A stretch of DNA of 63,937 nt, the filler included, from Jimgerdemannia flammicorona (taxonomy: Eukaryota), in assembly GCA_003990765.1 (NCBI GenBank). It is 3 parts of 3 records of this genome, joined end to end, with 100 filler letters (N's around TTAATTAATTAA, not from the genome) between each part and the next. Parts side by side here need not be neighbours in the genome. Positions count along the whole stretch, not along the records: positions 42,697 to 63,937 come from RBNJ01001499.1; 2 more parts are not named here. One strand, 5' to 3'. Below the pieces are notes generated by a model. That model was not told the DNA's origin. It ran no database searches and saw nothing but the letters and a program-made list of their open reading frames with translations. The first letter of the stretch is position 1; every line of letters begins with the position of its first letter. Positions 62,246 to 63,937 of this stretch are shown piece by piece. The position numbers and the translations under genes were made by a program.

Positions 62246-63937
62246 ACTTGGTAGCAGTGGTTTACAATCCAATTCTGCTTCAAGATGCTTCCTCACCCCA
62301 CTACAAAACCCCTCTGCGAATTCCTACAAGTTGGTATAAAGCCCAACCTCTGAACTGGAATTTATCCTGAACCATCTGACAATCTGGAGAAAATTGAACC
62401 TGATGTACAAGGACAATTTGACCTCCACACCTGCAACAAGTGGGACAAACTTCATTCAAAGAAAGAAGTACTCCGATTAAATCAGCAAATAGGCGAAACC
62501 CTATTCACCGAACTCCTTGCACTATACCCAGCAAGTCAAGATGAAGAAGGTCTTATAGAAGTCTTCTTTACCCTTCTCAACAAGAGTTTTGTCAGCTCTA
62601 CAAATCCGAGCAACCTAGGACAACCAGCAGCAGTCTTTCTAGCCTTAGTTCCTCATGAAGCCCAAGCCTCTGTAGCCAAGTAGCTCAACTCTACTGACTT
62701 CCACCATACTAGGACCAAGACTGCATTATACTACCGATTCCAGAACAGCAAGGCCCGCTATATTCTTAAGGAAGAAGCAAGAGAAACCCTTCATCAGCTA
62801 CCGGACCCTGAACCAGAAGCAGGCCCTGCTACTGCCCTACCTGAATCTGAAACCAATACCAAACCAGAACTTGACTTTGAATTAAGTCCATCTGAAATCA
62901 GATATACAACTGATTCTATCTACTTTGATGCCAAGCAAACCCAATTACACAGGGACCAAACCGAAGAGGAGAAGGAGTATCTCAGTGAATTCGATCCCGG
63001 ATACACCACCGAAGGAGACGCACCTCCATCAGGCCAGAATACACCTACACAGCAACAGACAGCTATCTATCAAGCCCTTACTCCAGACCCACAACTATTA
63101 CTCCAGCAACTTACATAGACTCAAAGAACACCATCATACTCTGCACCAGTATCTCAAGTAGTAGCAGTAACACCACTACCAGTAGTCCAACCGCCTCCAG
63201 TAAACAACATGGCGAACCAACAGATTCTAGACCTCACAGCCCAGGTAGCCATAATAGCAGCAACCATTACTGCCTTAGCTGAACAGAACTGACCTACAAA
63301 AAATCTGAGCCTACCTACCTTCAATAGTACTGCACAAGAAGTCCAAAGCTTTATTAGTGTAGTTGATACCAACTTTGAAGCCAATCAATGGACTAATGAG
63401 CGAGTTGCTGACCATGTTCTGACAAACAATCAAGACCACACTCTGGAACAACTCTTTGCCACTACCACAGCCTATGTCCGCCGAGTTGTTACATTCTTCC
63501 GAGGACCTGCCGAAGAATGGTGGTGAACCCTTCCTGAAAAACCCCTCATATGGGACACCTGACCTGCAGTAATTGCCCAGAATGCAGCAAACAATGCCCC
63601 AGGATATGGAGCCCATCCTGCAGCCCCTGGACTCAAACAACTCATGATTGCTCAATACTGCAGTGAAACCATGATTGCTGAATCCTGAGTAAAACTCTGC
63701 AATATCAAATTTGATGTATATGGCAAAGAAGAATTCGAAACCTTTTATACAAAACTTGAATCACTCCTGAACACCGTTGGCCTAGGATATATTGCCAATG
63801 ATGAAGCACGAAATGGTACAAGAGCAGACCATTTATTCGATGCCCTGCCTGAATGGCTTACTAGAAAAATCCGAGAACAAGGCCGCCCAGTTGGTTGCAA
63901 TCACCAACAATGGTGCCTGGCAAGAATCAAGACTATG

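Larger units (their letters stand above)
60772..63937 (+). mobile_element. Element C (family 2), 5' LTR + PBS + gag, inserted antisense into gag of B; runs off the window
   Basis: TGTAAG at 60772 abruptly cuts B gag. LTR ends CTTACA at 62245, then PBS TGGTAGCAGTGG. Gag matches D and B. Confidence 0.92.

Overview
Intron-rich eukaryotic DNA from an early-diverging fungus (inferred; probably Mucoromycota, since it combines fungal-type ALR/CorA, DHA2 MFS and LaeA-like methyltransferase genes with a retinoblastoma gene). The window is three pieces joined by artificial 100-bp linkers (N44-TTAATTAATTAA-N44). Piece 1 (1-21253): QNS1 and SmE head-to-head, an Rb pocket protein with four MCB boxes upstream, an MFS transporter, an F-box/LRR gene and CCT4. 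Piece 2 (21354-42596): a methyltransferase-fold gene, an intronless orphan, a Tc1 relic, a XDH-family molybdoflavoprotein with aldehyde-oxidase-like substitutions, a Cys-rich PPxY membrane protein and the 3' end of an ALR-type Mg transporter. Piece 3 (42697-63937): a nest of four decayed Ty3/Gypsy chromovirus copies from two families. Both families encode a dUTPase between Gag and protease, an unknown N-terminal Gag domain, and a homologous accessory ORF with its own TATA-like box. That ORF lies between integrase and PPT in one family and inside the LTR in the other, which is the best candidate for an undescribed system. All comparisons were made by eye; no database searches were run.
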